NCBI RefSeq assembly: GCF_001194135.2
Contig: NC_068981.1
Span: 44,880,059-44,944,058, forward strand
Source: Octopus bimaculoides
Taxonomy: Eukaryota
Direction of reading: 5' to 3'
DNA length: 64,000 nt
In this document: one piece after another, positions 41,323 to 55,116 of the stretch
How the letters are laid out: every line of letters starts with the position of its first letter
Numbering within the stretch: position 1 is the first letter of the stretch
Made by a program: the position numbers and the translations under genes
The notes under the pieces: model-generated
Seen by the model: the letters and a program-made list of their open reading frames with translations, nothing else
Database searches by the model: none
What the model was told of the DNA's origin: nothing

Positions 41323-41367
41323 CGTACGCTGATGACGGGTAAATACCCAGAAACTCGAGTCCGTGCG
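41323..41367 (+). ncRNA. Minimal type-I hammerhead ribozyme motif with GUC cleavage site
   Basis: CGUACG | CUGAUGA | C GGGU-aaau-ACCC A | GAA | ACUCGAGU (palindromic stem III) | C | CGUGCG; stem I is 6 bp with one G-U; predicted cut after 41361; C-A mismatch closes stem II. Confidence 0.75.
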
Positions 41368-42320
41368 TATCACAGATCAAGAGAGGAAGGATGACTTCTC
41401 TTTGCAAATACAGACAGGACACAGATGTGTGTCAATAGCCAGCTGGAGGAGATGTCCTCCTGGGGCTAAAAGCAACAGTAACATCCACCCTTAGGGTTTA
41501 GCCGCATTTAAGTGGCAAATATGCTTCACGTTATATATGTACATATATATANNNNNNNNNNNNNNNNNNNNNNNNNNNNNNNNNNNNNNNNNNNNNNNNN
41601 NNNNNNNNNNNNNNNNNNNNNNNNNNNNNNNNNNNNNNNNNNNNNNNNNNNNNNNNNNNNNNTATATATATACAGAGAGAGAGAGAGAGAGAGAGAGATT
41701 TATATGTATATATAAACTTAAATAAGCTTAGATATGTTTCGACCGAGGATTGGTCCAGGCCATGTCTAACTTAATGGCACCACCTGATACGATTCTCTAA
41801 ATCTTTTTAAAGTCAAGTTTTGTTTATGGTCCATTCATGTAGTGAGTTATTGTTGATTGAGTTGTATCCAGGTATGGGTGGCTTATCTGGTATTACTTTA
41901 AAGCTGAACATATCTTTTTTCCTCTTTTATCTGTTTTAGGACAATGGTAAACAGGACAAGGTCTGTCGAGGAAAAGAAATTATGCCGCAGTGTACTTATA
42001 TTATGTGATCCTGATTTGGGCAAAGGACTTTTTTCCCTTTGCGAAATCAGAATAGTGGCTGTTTTGTTTCCATGCTTAATAACTGCTATTTGTAACATAC
42101 TAACCAACCACGTTGAGGACCGGCTACCTTTGAGTTTATTTAAAAGGGAGAGAGAAATGCTATACATAACAAATTCCAATATAATTGTAATCTACGCCAC
42201 GTATATGTAGAATTTTTTTAATAAATTGACCATGTTCCAGGAAGTTACCACACACATATATTACATATACGTACACACACATAAATATATACATAATATG
42301 TGTATGTATATATATGCATT

Positions 42321-42480
42321 TCATCATCATCATCATTTAATGTTCGTTTTCCATGCTGGCATTGGTTGATCAGTTTTACTGGGGCCAACAAACCAGGGGC
42401 TACGTCTGGCACCCTTATGGTTTGGCATGCTGTTTGTGGCTGGATGCTCTTCCTAACGCCAACACTTTACAGCGTGAACT
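42321..42480 (-). mobile_element. RTE-type LINE/SINE 3' tail
   Basis: (CAT)n followed by TTTAATGTTCGTTTTCCATGCTGGCAT...GGATGCTCTTCCTAACGCCAAC, the reverse complement of the typical RTE 3' end with a (GAT)n tail. Confidence 0.65.
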
Positions 42481-43578
42481 CAGTGTTTATGACTGAATTT
42501 TTATATTTTTATGATTTCTATATTTCTATGATTGTCTAGACCTTGGTGCAGATTGACTGGAACCTGGGGCCCATCACAGTAATTCCTAACTGGGCCCAGC
42601 ACCACATGAGGCCGGCTCTACATACACACACATATATATGCTCACATATATAATTTCGCATTATTGTTCTTTTTTTCTATTTATCGTCAGTTACCATTGC
42701 GGCATAATTATTGAATGATTTTGTATGTATGTATGTGTGTGTATCTGTGCGCGTGCGTAATTGGCCGTATGTGCATGTATGTGTGTGTGTAAGACAAGAG
42801 AGATAGTGAAAGAAAGAGAGTGATAGTGATAGCAAGTGAGAGAAGAGAAGTGAGAGGACAGAGAATGTGAAAGAGAGAGCAGCGAAATATCCTTCACACA
42901 GTATCCCATCTCTCCCTCCTATCAGTTACCCTCCATCTACCACATCTCACAAATTGTTTGCTTCCTTCATTTTCCTTCATTTTACTCTTCATTGCCCAAC
43001 CGGTCATTACAGTTTTATGAGATGGAAAATAGTCAATACGAAACTTTAACCTAAACAAAAAATGCACCAAAGGGATAAAAACGAGGAAAATGGGCATCAC
43101 TGAGGTTTGCAGTTGGATTATGAAAAGAAACTAATACGAATAAATTACTTAATATTGATCGTGAGGTAAAATTTGTACTGAAAATTAATATTTTCCTATG
43201 CAAATTCGTTTTTCTTCGTAAGTGTGCAACCGTATTAGTTTAAAATACATTATAGAAATTTAATAGTAGACACAAAATATATAAACGCAAACATCAAATT
43301 ATTTACCTTTAGAAAAGCATGGTTTATTCCGTAGGAAAGAATAAAAGAGATCTATTAAATTATAAACTATAAAGTAAATATATTTAATTAGTTCAATATC
43401 CGTTCGCTTAATATAGACACACACGCGTGCGCGCGTATATATATGTAAATTTATAGATATGTATGTAAGGGTGTGTATATCTATTTATATGTTTATGTTT
43501 ATATATCTATCTATCTATCCATCTCTCTCTCTCTCTCTCGCACTACACACACACACACACACACGCACATATATATAC

Positions 43579-43623
<45 letters not shown>

Positions 43624-44166
43624 NNNNNNNNNNNNNNNNNTATATATATTGATAGATAGATATATGTAAATATATATGCACATATATATATTAGTATACA
43701 CGCACAAACATGCATAAATGGCGTATTAAGTTAGAAAGAATGGCGTTATTTAAATAATCGCATTGCTGTTTATTTCTTATTTCTAGTTCTTTATTTAAAT
43801 GAATTTAATAAATTAATACAAATTATTTCTTAATTTGCTACACAATAATACATCGTATATACGTTTCCCTTAAATATAAAAAAAATTATATATAATTGTT
43901 TGTGTATTCAACAGGCCCGATACTGCATTTGAATACAAACACAATGACAAATCTATGAATTTATGTATGTATGTATGTATGTATGTATGTATGCAGGTAT
44001 GTATGTATGTATGCATATATCAATTTATCTATGTATGTATGTATATATGTATGTATGTATATATGTATGTACGTATGTATGTATCTATTTACCTGTTCAT
44101 CTGTCTGTCTATCTTTTGATATACAAACATTTGTATGCATACAATTCTTCCTATATTATTTCAGAT

Positions 44167-44332
44167 GGCTGATGACGTAAGGCTGTTGTAAGAAGCTCAC
44201 TTCCAAATCACTTCGTTTAGGATTCGCTCTGACTGCATTGCACCTTGGGCAAATGTCTTCTACTATAGTGCCTGGCCGACCAAATCCTTGTGAGTGGATT
44301 TGATAGACGAAAACTGAAAGAAGCCTGTAGTA
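44167..44332 (+). mobile_element. tRNA-derived CORE-type SINE (OR-like)
   Basis: GCACCTTGGGCAAATGTCTTCTACTATAG (CORE-like) ... CCTTGTGAGTGGATTTGATAGACGAAAACTGAAAGAAGCC followed by (CA)n. Confidence 0.8.
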
Positions 44333-44519
44333 TACACAGACACACACACACACACACAAACACACACATATACACACACATACGCACACACACACACACG
44401 CACACACATATATATATAACTTTCATATCTTTGTTATGTTTTGACCAGTATAGGCCCGGGCTATGTCCAACTTAATAACGCGACCTGGTGAAGTCTTTTT
44501 AGTTATGTATGGGGCACTA

Positions 44520-44728
44520 TTATTATTGCAGACATATCCAGTTGTAGGAAGTTGGCCCGTCATTTTTTGACGAAATTTGTCTACTGAACTTTTGAATCTA
44601 ATGGGATCCGTTTCATTTCAACGTATTTTGGTATGGTATTAAAGAGAGCTGGACCGGTTGAGGTACATAAGTTATGATGTAATGTTGTTATGTGACCTGA
44701 ATTCAACTTTTGTCGTGGGCAGATAGCA
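44520..44728 (-). mobile_element. CR1/L2-like LINE 3' coding remnant
   Basis: Minus frames read HNLCTSTGPALFNTIPKY... then DPIRFKSSVDKF...PTTGY, resembling the GPxLFNxLP...FKxxLDxF C-terminus of CR1/L2 ORF2; abuts a gap. Confidence 0.6.
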
Positions 44729-44777
44729 CNNNNNNNNNNNNNNNNNNNNNNNNNNNNNNNNNNNNNNNNNNNNNNNN

Positions 44778-44827
<50 letters not shown>

Positions 44828-45526
44828 GAGAGAGATAGATGATAGATAGAGAGATAGATAAACATTTATGTAGATAGACAGATATACAGAAAAAGATTTA
44901 GTTACAGAGAGAGATAGTAAAATAAATCCTTAGAAGAAAGGGAACAGAGATTCTCAGAAGAATGTTTCTTTGAGGAACGTGAAGAGTGAAAGCAATATTA
45001 TTGATTTAAAACAAACGAATACATTTTCATGTTATTGTATCCCAGGTAAAATTATTCAAGTATCCGATAGCAATAAAGAGATGGATAGATGTAGATTTAG
45101 TTACACAGAGAAATAGAAAGATGCATACTAACTGAAATCCTTAGAACAATGTTTCTATGATGAACGTGAAGATATGACGTTCATGTAATCTCGCCAGGAA
45201 CCAAAGAAAAAAGATCAATGCGAATGAAATGAAATAGAATCGCTTAAAATGTACATATCCAACAACGGTATATTGTATACATACATGTGTATGAGGAACC
45301 CAAAAAACAATGCGACTGAAATGCAATAGAAGCGGTTAAGATGCAAATAATCATCAACAGCGTTATACATACATGTATGCGTGTAGCTAGCCACAGCTGT
45401 TACGTCAGACTTACACGTGTGTATCTAGATAGCTGCAGTTGCTGCGTCAGTACCGGAAGTTGATATTGTAAAACCTGAAAAGCGAATATACACACACACA
45501 CAGGTCTATTTTATATATTAAATGCG

Positions 45527-45536
45527 TGTGTGTGTA

Positions 45537-45610
<74 letters not shown>
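45527..45610. repeat. (TG)n microsatellite
   Basis: Direct reading. Confidence 0.95.
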
Positions 45611-45612
<2 letters not shown>

Positions 45613-45790
45613 CATTTCTGTGTTTGTCCCCCCGATTATCACTTGACAACTAGTGTTGGTATTTTTTCGACCCCGTAACTTAGAGATTCGGCAAAAACGC
45701 CGATATGATGTGTAATAAGCTACAAAAATAAGTCCTGGAGTCGATTTGTTAGTCTAAGACCAATCAAAACGCAGGATCGCTGCCCTCAAA
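45611..45790 (+). mobile_element. SINE 3' portion following (TG)n
   Basis: TGTTTGTCCCCC...CTTGACAACTAGTGTTGGT...CCCCGTAACTTAG...AATAAGTCCTGGAGTCGATTTG resembles an octopus SINE tail recognised from memory; single copy in this window. Confidence 0.5.
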
Positions 45791-48019
45791 TGACTGACAC
45801 AAATAAAAGAGTAAAAGAGTAAAATTTGCGGGCATATTGACTTACTGCCTGAACTCCAACTTGAACTGCAATTTAAACAATTATGGGTGCTATTGCTCTC
45901 ATTCGCTGTAGACAGTAAAACTATTCGACAAGTACATATATGAGAGAGAAACGGTGTAAAAAAGAAAATAACTGGCATTAGGTCATAATATGACATTTAT
46001 ATATTTAAACATTGACATGGGTAGAATAGAATGTTACAGAAGTTTAGATCATATGACATCGGTAAAAAGATCAAATGCAGAATGTTCAAAATGGTTTTAA
46101 TGCTAGTACTCTCAAGGGAACGGTTATACGGTAAGACCGAATGGTTGATATTATGTAAGGCTGGTAATTTTAAGCAAAATCCAGAGCTTGATGAAAAGAA
46201 AGGGGGAAAGGAAGAAGCAAGATGTGTTATGCAGATCGACTTTCGCAGCTGTTTCACGAATAGATGTGTAGATGATGCATTTCCCTGCAAACTATTAGTC
46301 GCCAGCATTATATTTGCGATATTTTCCCTTATCTAAGGAATAATGCGATAAAACTTCAGTAAGAAGTAATCACTTATTTGTAATGGAAGGTGTACAAAGG
46401 TGAGCTTATAAGAACAAAGGCAGTGTATATAACATCATAATAAGAGGAAACAGATGAAAACTAAAAAAAAATTCCCAAGGAGTGGATGTATAAATTTCAA
46501 GAGTTAGAGTAAGATATAAAGAAGGGATTGGGCAGTGATATTAAAGCTAAGGAAGGAATATATTAGATGCATTAGTGTGAAAAATATCCTGTGGAATATC
46601 AACAGCATATGGGTACAGTAAATTAGAATTATCGAAGATGGGCATTATGTGAAGTTGCGGTCTAAAGCTTCAAAGTAGGTTGATGTGGAAGATTAAATAT
46701 ACCTACTAGCCTCTAGCTATGAGGCATATTGATCAATGTACCGTGCTGGAAGGGAAAGCTTAAGCTAAGTAGAGAAGGAGGCAAGAGGAATTAGACTTTA
46801 TATAAGTATGTTTATAAATAAGCTGCTAACTGGTGCAGTCTGAACAGACAAAATACAGCAATAAATTTAATTATAATAGTAGCAGTAAAAGCATTACAAT
46901 GATAAGGAGAATATTCTACCAGAGGGGCCAGTACATATTTCGCAATTATGTACGTCGTTTTATAGCAGAAAATATTTTAATTAGGATCCGCTTTTCACGT
47001 GCAAGGCGATGTAGTTAGAAAGTCAATTGTTTCTACCGTACGCGGAGAAATATAATATATTTGTATATTCGACCGAGACTTTTAAAACATTCTACATGAG
47101 CAGTGACAGTGTAAAATGCATACCCATATTGCATTAAGTTCTCCGTAATCTAATTTTAGTAATTAAAATTTTGATATAAAAGAAATTCAGATTTGATTGA
47201 TAAAGAGATTTTACATCAGAATCATTTTTTATTGAGATTGTAATGGGTACGACGTTACAGTTATTCTTTTACCTTTTTACCTTTATTCAGTAGCATGTAG
47301 CATTCTGTAATGCCTGGCATTTAATAAATAGTGAATTTTCAGTGAAACTAGAACATAGTCTTAGAAGCAGCGTTACTGTTATGCTGATTTCTAGATTGTT
47401 TCTGAATTAATTTATGGCAGGAAAACGTAGATTGTGATGATCGACTTATAATGATTGCAGTGAGAACGAAAGATGTCTTATGGGTATCACTGTCAATGAT
47501 GCAACACATCAATAAAGCACTATATATTATATACCAACATGTAGAGAATGTGCGTACATTTTCAATTTACATTTGACGTGTGATATATTGCGGCAACATT
47601 ATCTGCTGCTGCTTCTTGAACATATTCGTTCACGCATATCGAATTTTAATCATTAACTCGGAGATAACAACTACATATATTGGAATATTACAATGGTTTG
47701 AAATGTTAATTGCAACACTTCAGTTACCAAAGTACTTTTGGAATGTTTCGAATTGTAAGTCAACTGATCTCTATATGATATCTCAAAAAATTAATGCCAG
47801 TATCATCATAACACAGATTCCGCTAAGATTTGGCGACTTCGAAGAAATGTCTTATTGTGGGCGAAAAAACATTGTCAAAGATAATGTAAACTATCGTAAT
47901 GGAAAGAGAGGAAAGAATGGTAGTTATACAATTACCACTCCTTCCACTTTCCATCACCTTCCACTCCACTCTACAAAATATACACGGAAATACCCACAAC
48001 CCAATCAACCCACGCACTG

Positions 48020-48900
48020 ATCACAAATGATAAACAACCATCTCTTGCTAGAATTTTAGTTTGTGTAATACTTAGAATTTTCTTTGATAAGTTGATTGTT
48101 TTGGGTTGTGATTGTATATTTTGTTCCATTTCACATCTCTCTTTCCGATGCATTTTCAATGTTGAACTGTGTTTCGTAGTTTATAAAGAAATTTGCTTGT
48201 CTTTCCCAGCGTTGTAGGGAATTGGTTTCTTCAGTTTCACAAGTTTTTTTTTTTTTTTTCCACAGTTTAAAAACACTTCCCAAGCGTTGACCATCTGAAT
48301 GTTTCTTTAATTCTTTGAAGATTTCCTCATCTATGTTTTTAAATTTTTGTTCATTGCTTAGCGCTCTAAGCTTAAGGAGTTCTATTTCTGTCTTCATTTT
48401 TTCCAGTGTTAGTTTCTCCCTTAATTGTCCTTGTTGGTCCTGCTCGTTTGAAATACGTTTAATTTGGAATTTACGAGGCAAAATTATTGGTGATGAATTG
48501 AACCAGCATTCATAAAATTCTGCCTTGAGGTTGTTTTTAATCATATTCCAGAAACGAAATTTTGTGGCTTAAGTTTTTCATTACATATGTGGATAATGCG
48601 GATTTTAATTGATTGTGTAAGCGTGATGGCGTTTCTATCTTGTGTATCATCTGTAGGTGAATTTTCATTTAAATAATTATTATGAGGTAAAGAATGAAGA
48701 GTGGTGCATAATTCAGACAAATATTGATTTAGCTCTTCCAGTGATTGTCCTTTCTCTTTTTTTTTGCCTCTTGTATAAAACAAGTGAATCCATCGATCTT
48801 GCTAACTAAGAGTCTCAAATTCGTGTAGATATCTTTCAGTTCCTTAAGGGTATCTTCGTTCAGAGTTTTAAGTGCAGTGTTGGTATTTGTGGCATTTTAA
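48020..48900 (-). pseudogene. Frameshifted TE-like ORF remnant, probably ORF1 of a non-LTR retrotransposon
   Basis: Overlapping ORFs 48541-48783 and 48131-48544 join via a frameshift (FWNMIKNNLKAEFYECWF...ILPRKFQIKRISNE...EKMKTEIELLKLR...IDEEI...W); coiled-coil-like; family assignment is from recollection only. Confidence 0.4.
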
Positions 48901-49884
48901 ATGTCACGTGTAGAGAAATACAATAGAAATATGTTACATAAAGTAAATAGAAACTATACGTGGAAATGTAAGGGGAAAGTAAGAAGACAAAGAACGTGGG
49001 ATGTCCGTTGGAAATCAAAAAGAGTAAAGGCTTTTTATGAGAAGTAACGATAGATATATATATATATAATTAGATGAACTGAGGTTGGAATAAAAGTAAT
49101 AAACGTCATTATTGTGAATTATTGAAGAGATTAAAAGGCATACCTGTTTCGTAAAATTACTGTTCACTGCTTTGAAGACACATCAATTACCGAACGTTGT
49201 CGGCTCTACTAGTCCCTGAGTAAAAAAATGTGTAAGGGAGGTAAGTGGTTCTTATTTAGTGCAATTAGGTTATATATATATATCTGTAATGTAAAGGATA
49301 TATCGGTGTTAGTAGTGTTNNNNNNNNNNNNNNNNNNNNNNNNNNNNNNNNNNNNNNNNNNNNNNNNNNNNNNNNNNNNNNNNNNNNNNNNNNNNNNNNN
49401 NNNNNNNNNNNNNNNNNNNNNNNNNNNNNNNNNNNNNNNNNNNNNNNNNNNNNNNNNNNNNNNNNNNNNNNNNNNNNNNNNNNNNNNNNNNNNNNNNNNN
49501 NNNNNNNNNNNNNNNNNNNNNNNNNNNNNNNNNNNNNNNNNNNNNNNNNNNNNNNNNNNNNNNNNNNNNNNNNNNNNNNNNNNNNNNNNNNNNNNNNNNN
49601 NNNNNNNNNNNNNNNNNNNNNNNNNNNNNNNNNNNNNNNNNNNNNNNNNNNNNNNNNNNNNNNNNNNNNNNNNNNNNNNNNNNNNNNNNNNNNNNNNNNN
49701 NNNNNNNNNNNNNNNNNNNNNNNNNNNNNNNNNNNNNNNNNNNNNNNNNNNNNNNNNNNNNNNNNNNNNNNNNNNNNNNNNNNNNNNNNNNNNNNNNNNN
49801 NNNNNNNNNNNNNNNNNNNNNNNNNNNNNNNNNNNNNNNNNNNNNNNNNNNNNNNNNNNNNNNNNNNNNNNNNNNNNNNNNNNN

Positions 49885-49926
<42 letters not shown>

Positions 49927-50088
49927 GTATATATATATATAAATATAAGTATATATTTATAGTAACAGAGTATTAGACATTGCTTATTGAAATTTTAGCA
50001 TCGCTGATGTCATAACGAAAACATTTTTCAACAGACAACATTAATTGAGATTCATTATTTTCTTATTGTCTTATTTCTTATTATCCCG

Positions 50089-50729
50089 ATGGTCAGTCGC
50101 TTGACTGCTCAGGAGCGAGCTAAGATAGCATCACCGTATGGAGTGTAGTATTTCATTGTTTTGGTACACAGATGGTGGCGTGCGTAGAAAGAGAAGCATG
50201 CAACACTAGGTCCGGAGACAATAAACATGTTTCATGCAAAGTTGATGATCACTGATTCTGTGAACGATGCAAGAAGAAGTGGTCGTCCAACCACATACCG
50301 ATCAGCGGAGCACGTAGCACCAGGACAGGAAATGTTTAATCACAACTCACAAAAATCAACACCTGAAGCAGCTCATGAAAGAGGACTAACAAGATACACA
50401 ATACGTACGGTGTTGCATAAATAATTGAATTTTGGTGCATGGAATACCCATTACCTGCAGGAGCTAAAGATGAAGACTGTGACTGCAGAAGTCCAGAAAT
50501 CCAAAACTCCAACATTTCCAGATCTCACTCCGTGTGATTTTAACATGTGGGGGGGGGGCACAAAAGAGGTGGTAAACAAGACAAAACCTCACATATTGGA
50601 GGACATGGAAACACGGTTCAGGAGGTTCTCAATGATATCCCAGATGCTGTCATTCAGAATGTTGTTAATTCCATCACTGGTCGTTTGAGAAAACAGGTTC
50701 ACGCCACCGTTGTTTACTTTGGAATATGA
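50089..50729 (+). mobile_element. Tc1/mariner (maT/DD37D-like) internally deleted transposase relic
   Basis: N-terminus ...DARRSGRPTT...RYTIRTVLHK*LNFGAWNTHYLQELK joined directly to PDLTPCDFNMWG...KEVV...IPDAVIQNVVNSITGRL; catalytic core deleted; TIRs not identified. Confidence 0.7.
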
Positions 50730-53099
50730 AAATTTGCTTTTAATCTCCTATGTAATGTAGAACAGGCATCATTTGTTTTAATAAATTTGTAAAAACAATA
50801 TGGATTTCATAACCAAAATTTAATGCCTACTTACTTTTCAGCTTTTCTCTTTGCAAAGAAGATATTCCTCCTAGCGTTCACAATTTTCATCTCGTTCTGG
50901 TCTAACGACCCTCGATGTTTCTTTTTGTTCGGTTTCCTTGTATGTCTCCACAGTCCTGTTTTTGTTCCCAGCTTTGACACTCTACACATTCTAAATTTTA
51001 TTTTAGAATTTAAGGGAGCAATTGTTTTGAAGTCTCTTATAGTCGTTGAATACTCGAAATGATGAGCAGATAGATAACCGACAACTGATAAATGGTCTTT
51101 TCTCTGGGTCTACTTCTCCTGTTATCCATTTTATATCTCGTTGTTTATGTATTTCATGTTGCTTGAACAGTTGTATTTAATATGAAATTGGAAACAATAA
51201 AAAAGCACGTTTCGAAAGACAAATACGTAAGAAAAAATATAATCATCGTAATTATACTTAAATTTATGCATTGTAATTTTCATGAGTGTGTGCAATCTTT
51301 AGAAAAACATCAAAAAAAGTTTTAATAAAATAAAATAAAATAAAATAAGGGGGTATACAGATGAGACAATAGTGAAAAATCGGATATTTACAGACAAGTT
51401 GTAAAAGGCGAAAATATTAATAATAATAATAATGAGAGAGACGAAAAAAAAAACATTAATATGTATGCAAGTCTATATGTCCAATAAACTATAACATAAA
51501 AATGAAAATATATATATACACATATATATATAATTTATTATATATATATANNNNNNNNNNNNNNNNNNNNNNNNNNNNNNNNNNNNNNNNNNNNNNNNNN
51601 NNNNNNNNNNNNNNNNNNNNNNNNNNNNNNNNNNNNNNNNNNNNNNNNNNNNNNNNNNNNNNNNNNNNNNNNNNNNNNNNNNNNNNNNNNNNNNNNNNNN
51701 NNNNNNNNNNNNNNNNNNNNNNNNNNNNNNNNNNNNNNNNNNNNNNNNNNNNNNNNNNNNNNNNNNNNNNNNNNNNNNNNNNNNNNNNNNNNNNNNNNNN
51801 NNNNNNNNNNNNNNNNNNNNNNNNNNNNNNNNNNNNNNNNNNNNNNNNNNNNNNNNNNNNNNNNNNNNNNNNNNNNNNNNNNNNNNNNNNNNNNNNNNNN
51901 NNNNNNNNNNNNNNNNNNNNNNNNNNNNNNNNNNNNNNNNNNNNNNNNNNNNNNNNNNNNNNNNNNNNNNNNNNNNNNNNNNNNNNNNNNNNNNNNNNNN
52001 NNNNNNNNNNNNNNNNNNNNNNNNNNNNNNNNNNNNNNNNNNNNNNNNNNNNNNNNNNNNNNNNNNNNNNNNNNNNNNNNNNNNNNNNNNNNNNNNNNNN
52101 NNNNNNNNNNNNNNNNNNNNNNNNNNNNNNNNNNNNNNNNNNNNNNNNNNNNNNNNNNNNNNNNNNNNNNNNNNNNNNNNNNNNNNNNNNNNNNNNNNNN
52201 NNNNNNNNNNNNNNNNNNNNNNNNNNNNNNNNNNNNNNNNNNNNNNNNNNNNNNNNNNNNNNNNNNNNNNNNNNNNNNNNNNNNNNNNNNNNNNNNNNNN
52301 NNNNNNNNNNNNNNNNNNNNNNNNNNNNNNNNNNNNNNNNNNNNNNNNNNNNNNNNNNNNNNNNNNNNNNNNNNNNNNNNNNNNNNNNNNNNNNNNNNNN
52401 NNNNNNNNNNNNNNNNNNNNNNNNNNNNNNNNNNNNNNNNNNNNNNNNNNNNNNNNNNNNNNNNNNNNNNNNNNNNNNNNNNNNNNNNNNNTATATATAT
52501 ATATATATATATATATTTGTCTGTGCGGGTGTGTCTATGTTCTTATGCTTATATGTACGCATCTATGTATGCATACATATATTTGTCTATTGTGAGCAAG
52601 CAAAGTAATAAACATAACTTTGTTTTATTTCTGACCATCATTTCAATGATCAGTCGTACCCTTACATCACTCAACATGATTGTTTACATACATAGAAATT
52701 ATTAAATGTGTACGATATTAATTAAATGTTCTACTCAATATCACTTCATACCTATTGAAATGTTATCTCCAAAACTGTTGCTTTGTAAGGCGGAAGTTTA
52801 TCTATTATTTATAATGAAAGAGGGATTTTATAGAAGTAAAAAAAAAAATACACACTAGAAAGAGACAACTTACACACTGGAAGCTAACTTCGATTTCAGA
52901 TCTAAGCTGTATGGATTTGTAGAAGCGTAGGAACATCAGCCATATTAACTAGGAATACCGAATTGCTTTTCATTTGCCTAAGTAATGCAACTTAAATCTG
53001 AAAGGTCATTAACCCAATTTTGAAAGTACTATATTTGTGTGATAAATTTCACCATCAAATTCAGATATTGGAGAAATGAATAAAAGTATATCCAACAAT

Positions 53100-54260
53100 G
53101 TTCCTTATCACCAGTAGATATAATATCGCCAGCTAGAAAAAAAAAACAAAACATTATTCAATTCGAAGATCACTGATGTCGTGAACATGCTCATATATAT
53201 ATAATTCAAAACGAGATTCCAGAAATAAGGTGTGGTTTTTACAAGTACAGCGTTTTTCTTATGTTCTGTAGCTGCAGTAACATAGAAATCTGGCACCTAT
53301 GAACGCGTATTTGTGTTGGGGTTCTGGTGACTGAGCATTCGTACATCATGTGTTTTTTTGGACACATTGGTTCATGAGCGGACAAGCGGATTTTCTGCGG
53401 TAAGTGCACTTATTTATACTACTATTATCTTTATACTATTATTATCTCGTAAAATTATGTTTCTGTTTTCGTGATGTTCCGTTTGATTATTAGGGTATGA
53501 AGCCTTCTGGATGCGGCAGTCTTTTTTATTGTATCATTTCTGATGATTCACTTGAATCTTATTGTCACCGTCTTGTACGTTATCTAAGCTTTTGTTGTCT
53601 ATTTTTTGTTTGTTTTTGTTATTGGCCCGAAATCTTGTAATGTTTTCATTTGTATGTTATGGTCAGCATGCGTTGTTTGTATATTTAATTTCCTGCTGTT
53701 GTACTTATCTATGTAATACTCCATGTCTTAAGATGTCTTCATGATATCTTCACTCTGTGCTTGTTGAATATACGGTAGTATTTATGTGTTTTAGGGAAGC
53801 ATCTATTCAATGCTGCAATGAATTGCTTACCTATCTTGGATGATATTTGCAGTGCGATAATTGGATTATACCTTAGGACTTCCGAATTTTTGTAACTTTC
53901 AGTTCTATATGTGTTTGGTTCTTTCTTCCTATTTTGCGTGTTGTTGTGATTTTGTTTATCTGTATTTCTATTATTGCAATTTTGGTGGGTTATATCTGTT
54001 TTCGTCCTCCCTTTCCGTTATTCTTCGTGTTCTTTTTCATTGTTATTCGTTTTTTGATGTCATTTTAAGTTTCGTGTATCTTCTAACTTATTTGCGTTTG
54101 TGTTATTGTTATTGTTATTTGGGGTTTCGTTAGTTTCGAATTTGATTTCTCCTTTATATCCGGCCTAGCTAGCGCTTCATTGTAGTATGGAACATGTTGT
54201 ATGAATATTTTCTCTGTGGCTGATAATCTTGTTATTCTGGTGGCTATGTTCCTAATTATT
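53100..54260 (-). mobile_element. Penelope-like element remnant (RT thumb to GIY-YIG), highly degenerate
   Basis: Minus frames: IIRNIATRITRLSATEKIF...YYNEAL; WYNP...KIGKQF...FPKTHKYYRIFNKHRVKIS; MYECSVT...TEHKK...YFWNL; these match the WFNPP...GKxF...FP...KIFNR...KVSYS linker typical of PLEs. Confidence 0.65.
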
Positions 54261-54877
54261 CAAACTGAAAGCGTCTACTATGCTCAAACAAATCAGATGG
54301 GTGTGTTAGCATCGATGTCGTAGGTTTTTAAGTAACGGCGACAGAAATTGAATATCAGCTGAGGAAATACAACTGTCTCTCATTACACAAGTAAACGGTT
54401 GCATCATCGAACACCAGTATATATGAAGAACTGTGTTACATGGAAACATATGTAGTCATTAAAAATAACAATCCGACTATTGTCCTTCTAGTTAACTCTA
54501 TTATTCAAATTTCTTTTCACACACGATGAATGCTCACATCTAGACTTGGAAGTATATCGTAATACTACCGGCTTTTCAGTAATTCTAAGAAGAGAAGAGC
54601 TCTATAGTGTACTCCGCTTCGTTCATAATGGAATATAACTAAAATATCATATGTGTGTATATGTGTGTGTATGTCTGTGTGCGCGTGTGTGTGTGTGTGC
54701 GAAATATTTTAAGCGATAATTTTAGAGAAATCAATATTAGCATGTTTTGTCATATATTATAGTGAATGTTTGAAAGTAGAAGGAGACTACAAGAAAGTAT
54801 TTGTGCGTTTCAATCATAGTCAAATGTATTTATAAATCAGAATAAAATAATATAAATATCTTTAAGTAAGATTTGCG

Positions 54878-54941
<64 letters not shown>

Positions 54942-55013
54942 TACAAAATGGGACAATATCGCAAAACATCCAGACATGTAGGTGATGCAAGAAGTGGACA
55001 CATATATACATAC

Positions 55014-55092
<79 letters not shown>

Positions 55093-55116
55093 AAGAGAGA
55101 CAGACAGAGAGAGAGA
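55014..55116. repeat. (AG)n microsatellite
   Basis: Direct reading. Confidence 0.95.

Noticed and set aside
45997-46800. Purine-rich block with ORFs of about 100 aa, possibly an old RTE relic
   Set aside because: Only vague motif resemblance (IDFRSCF); cannot be supported
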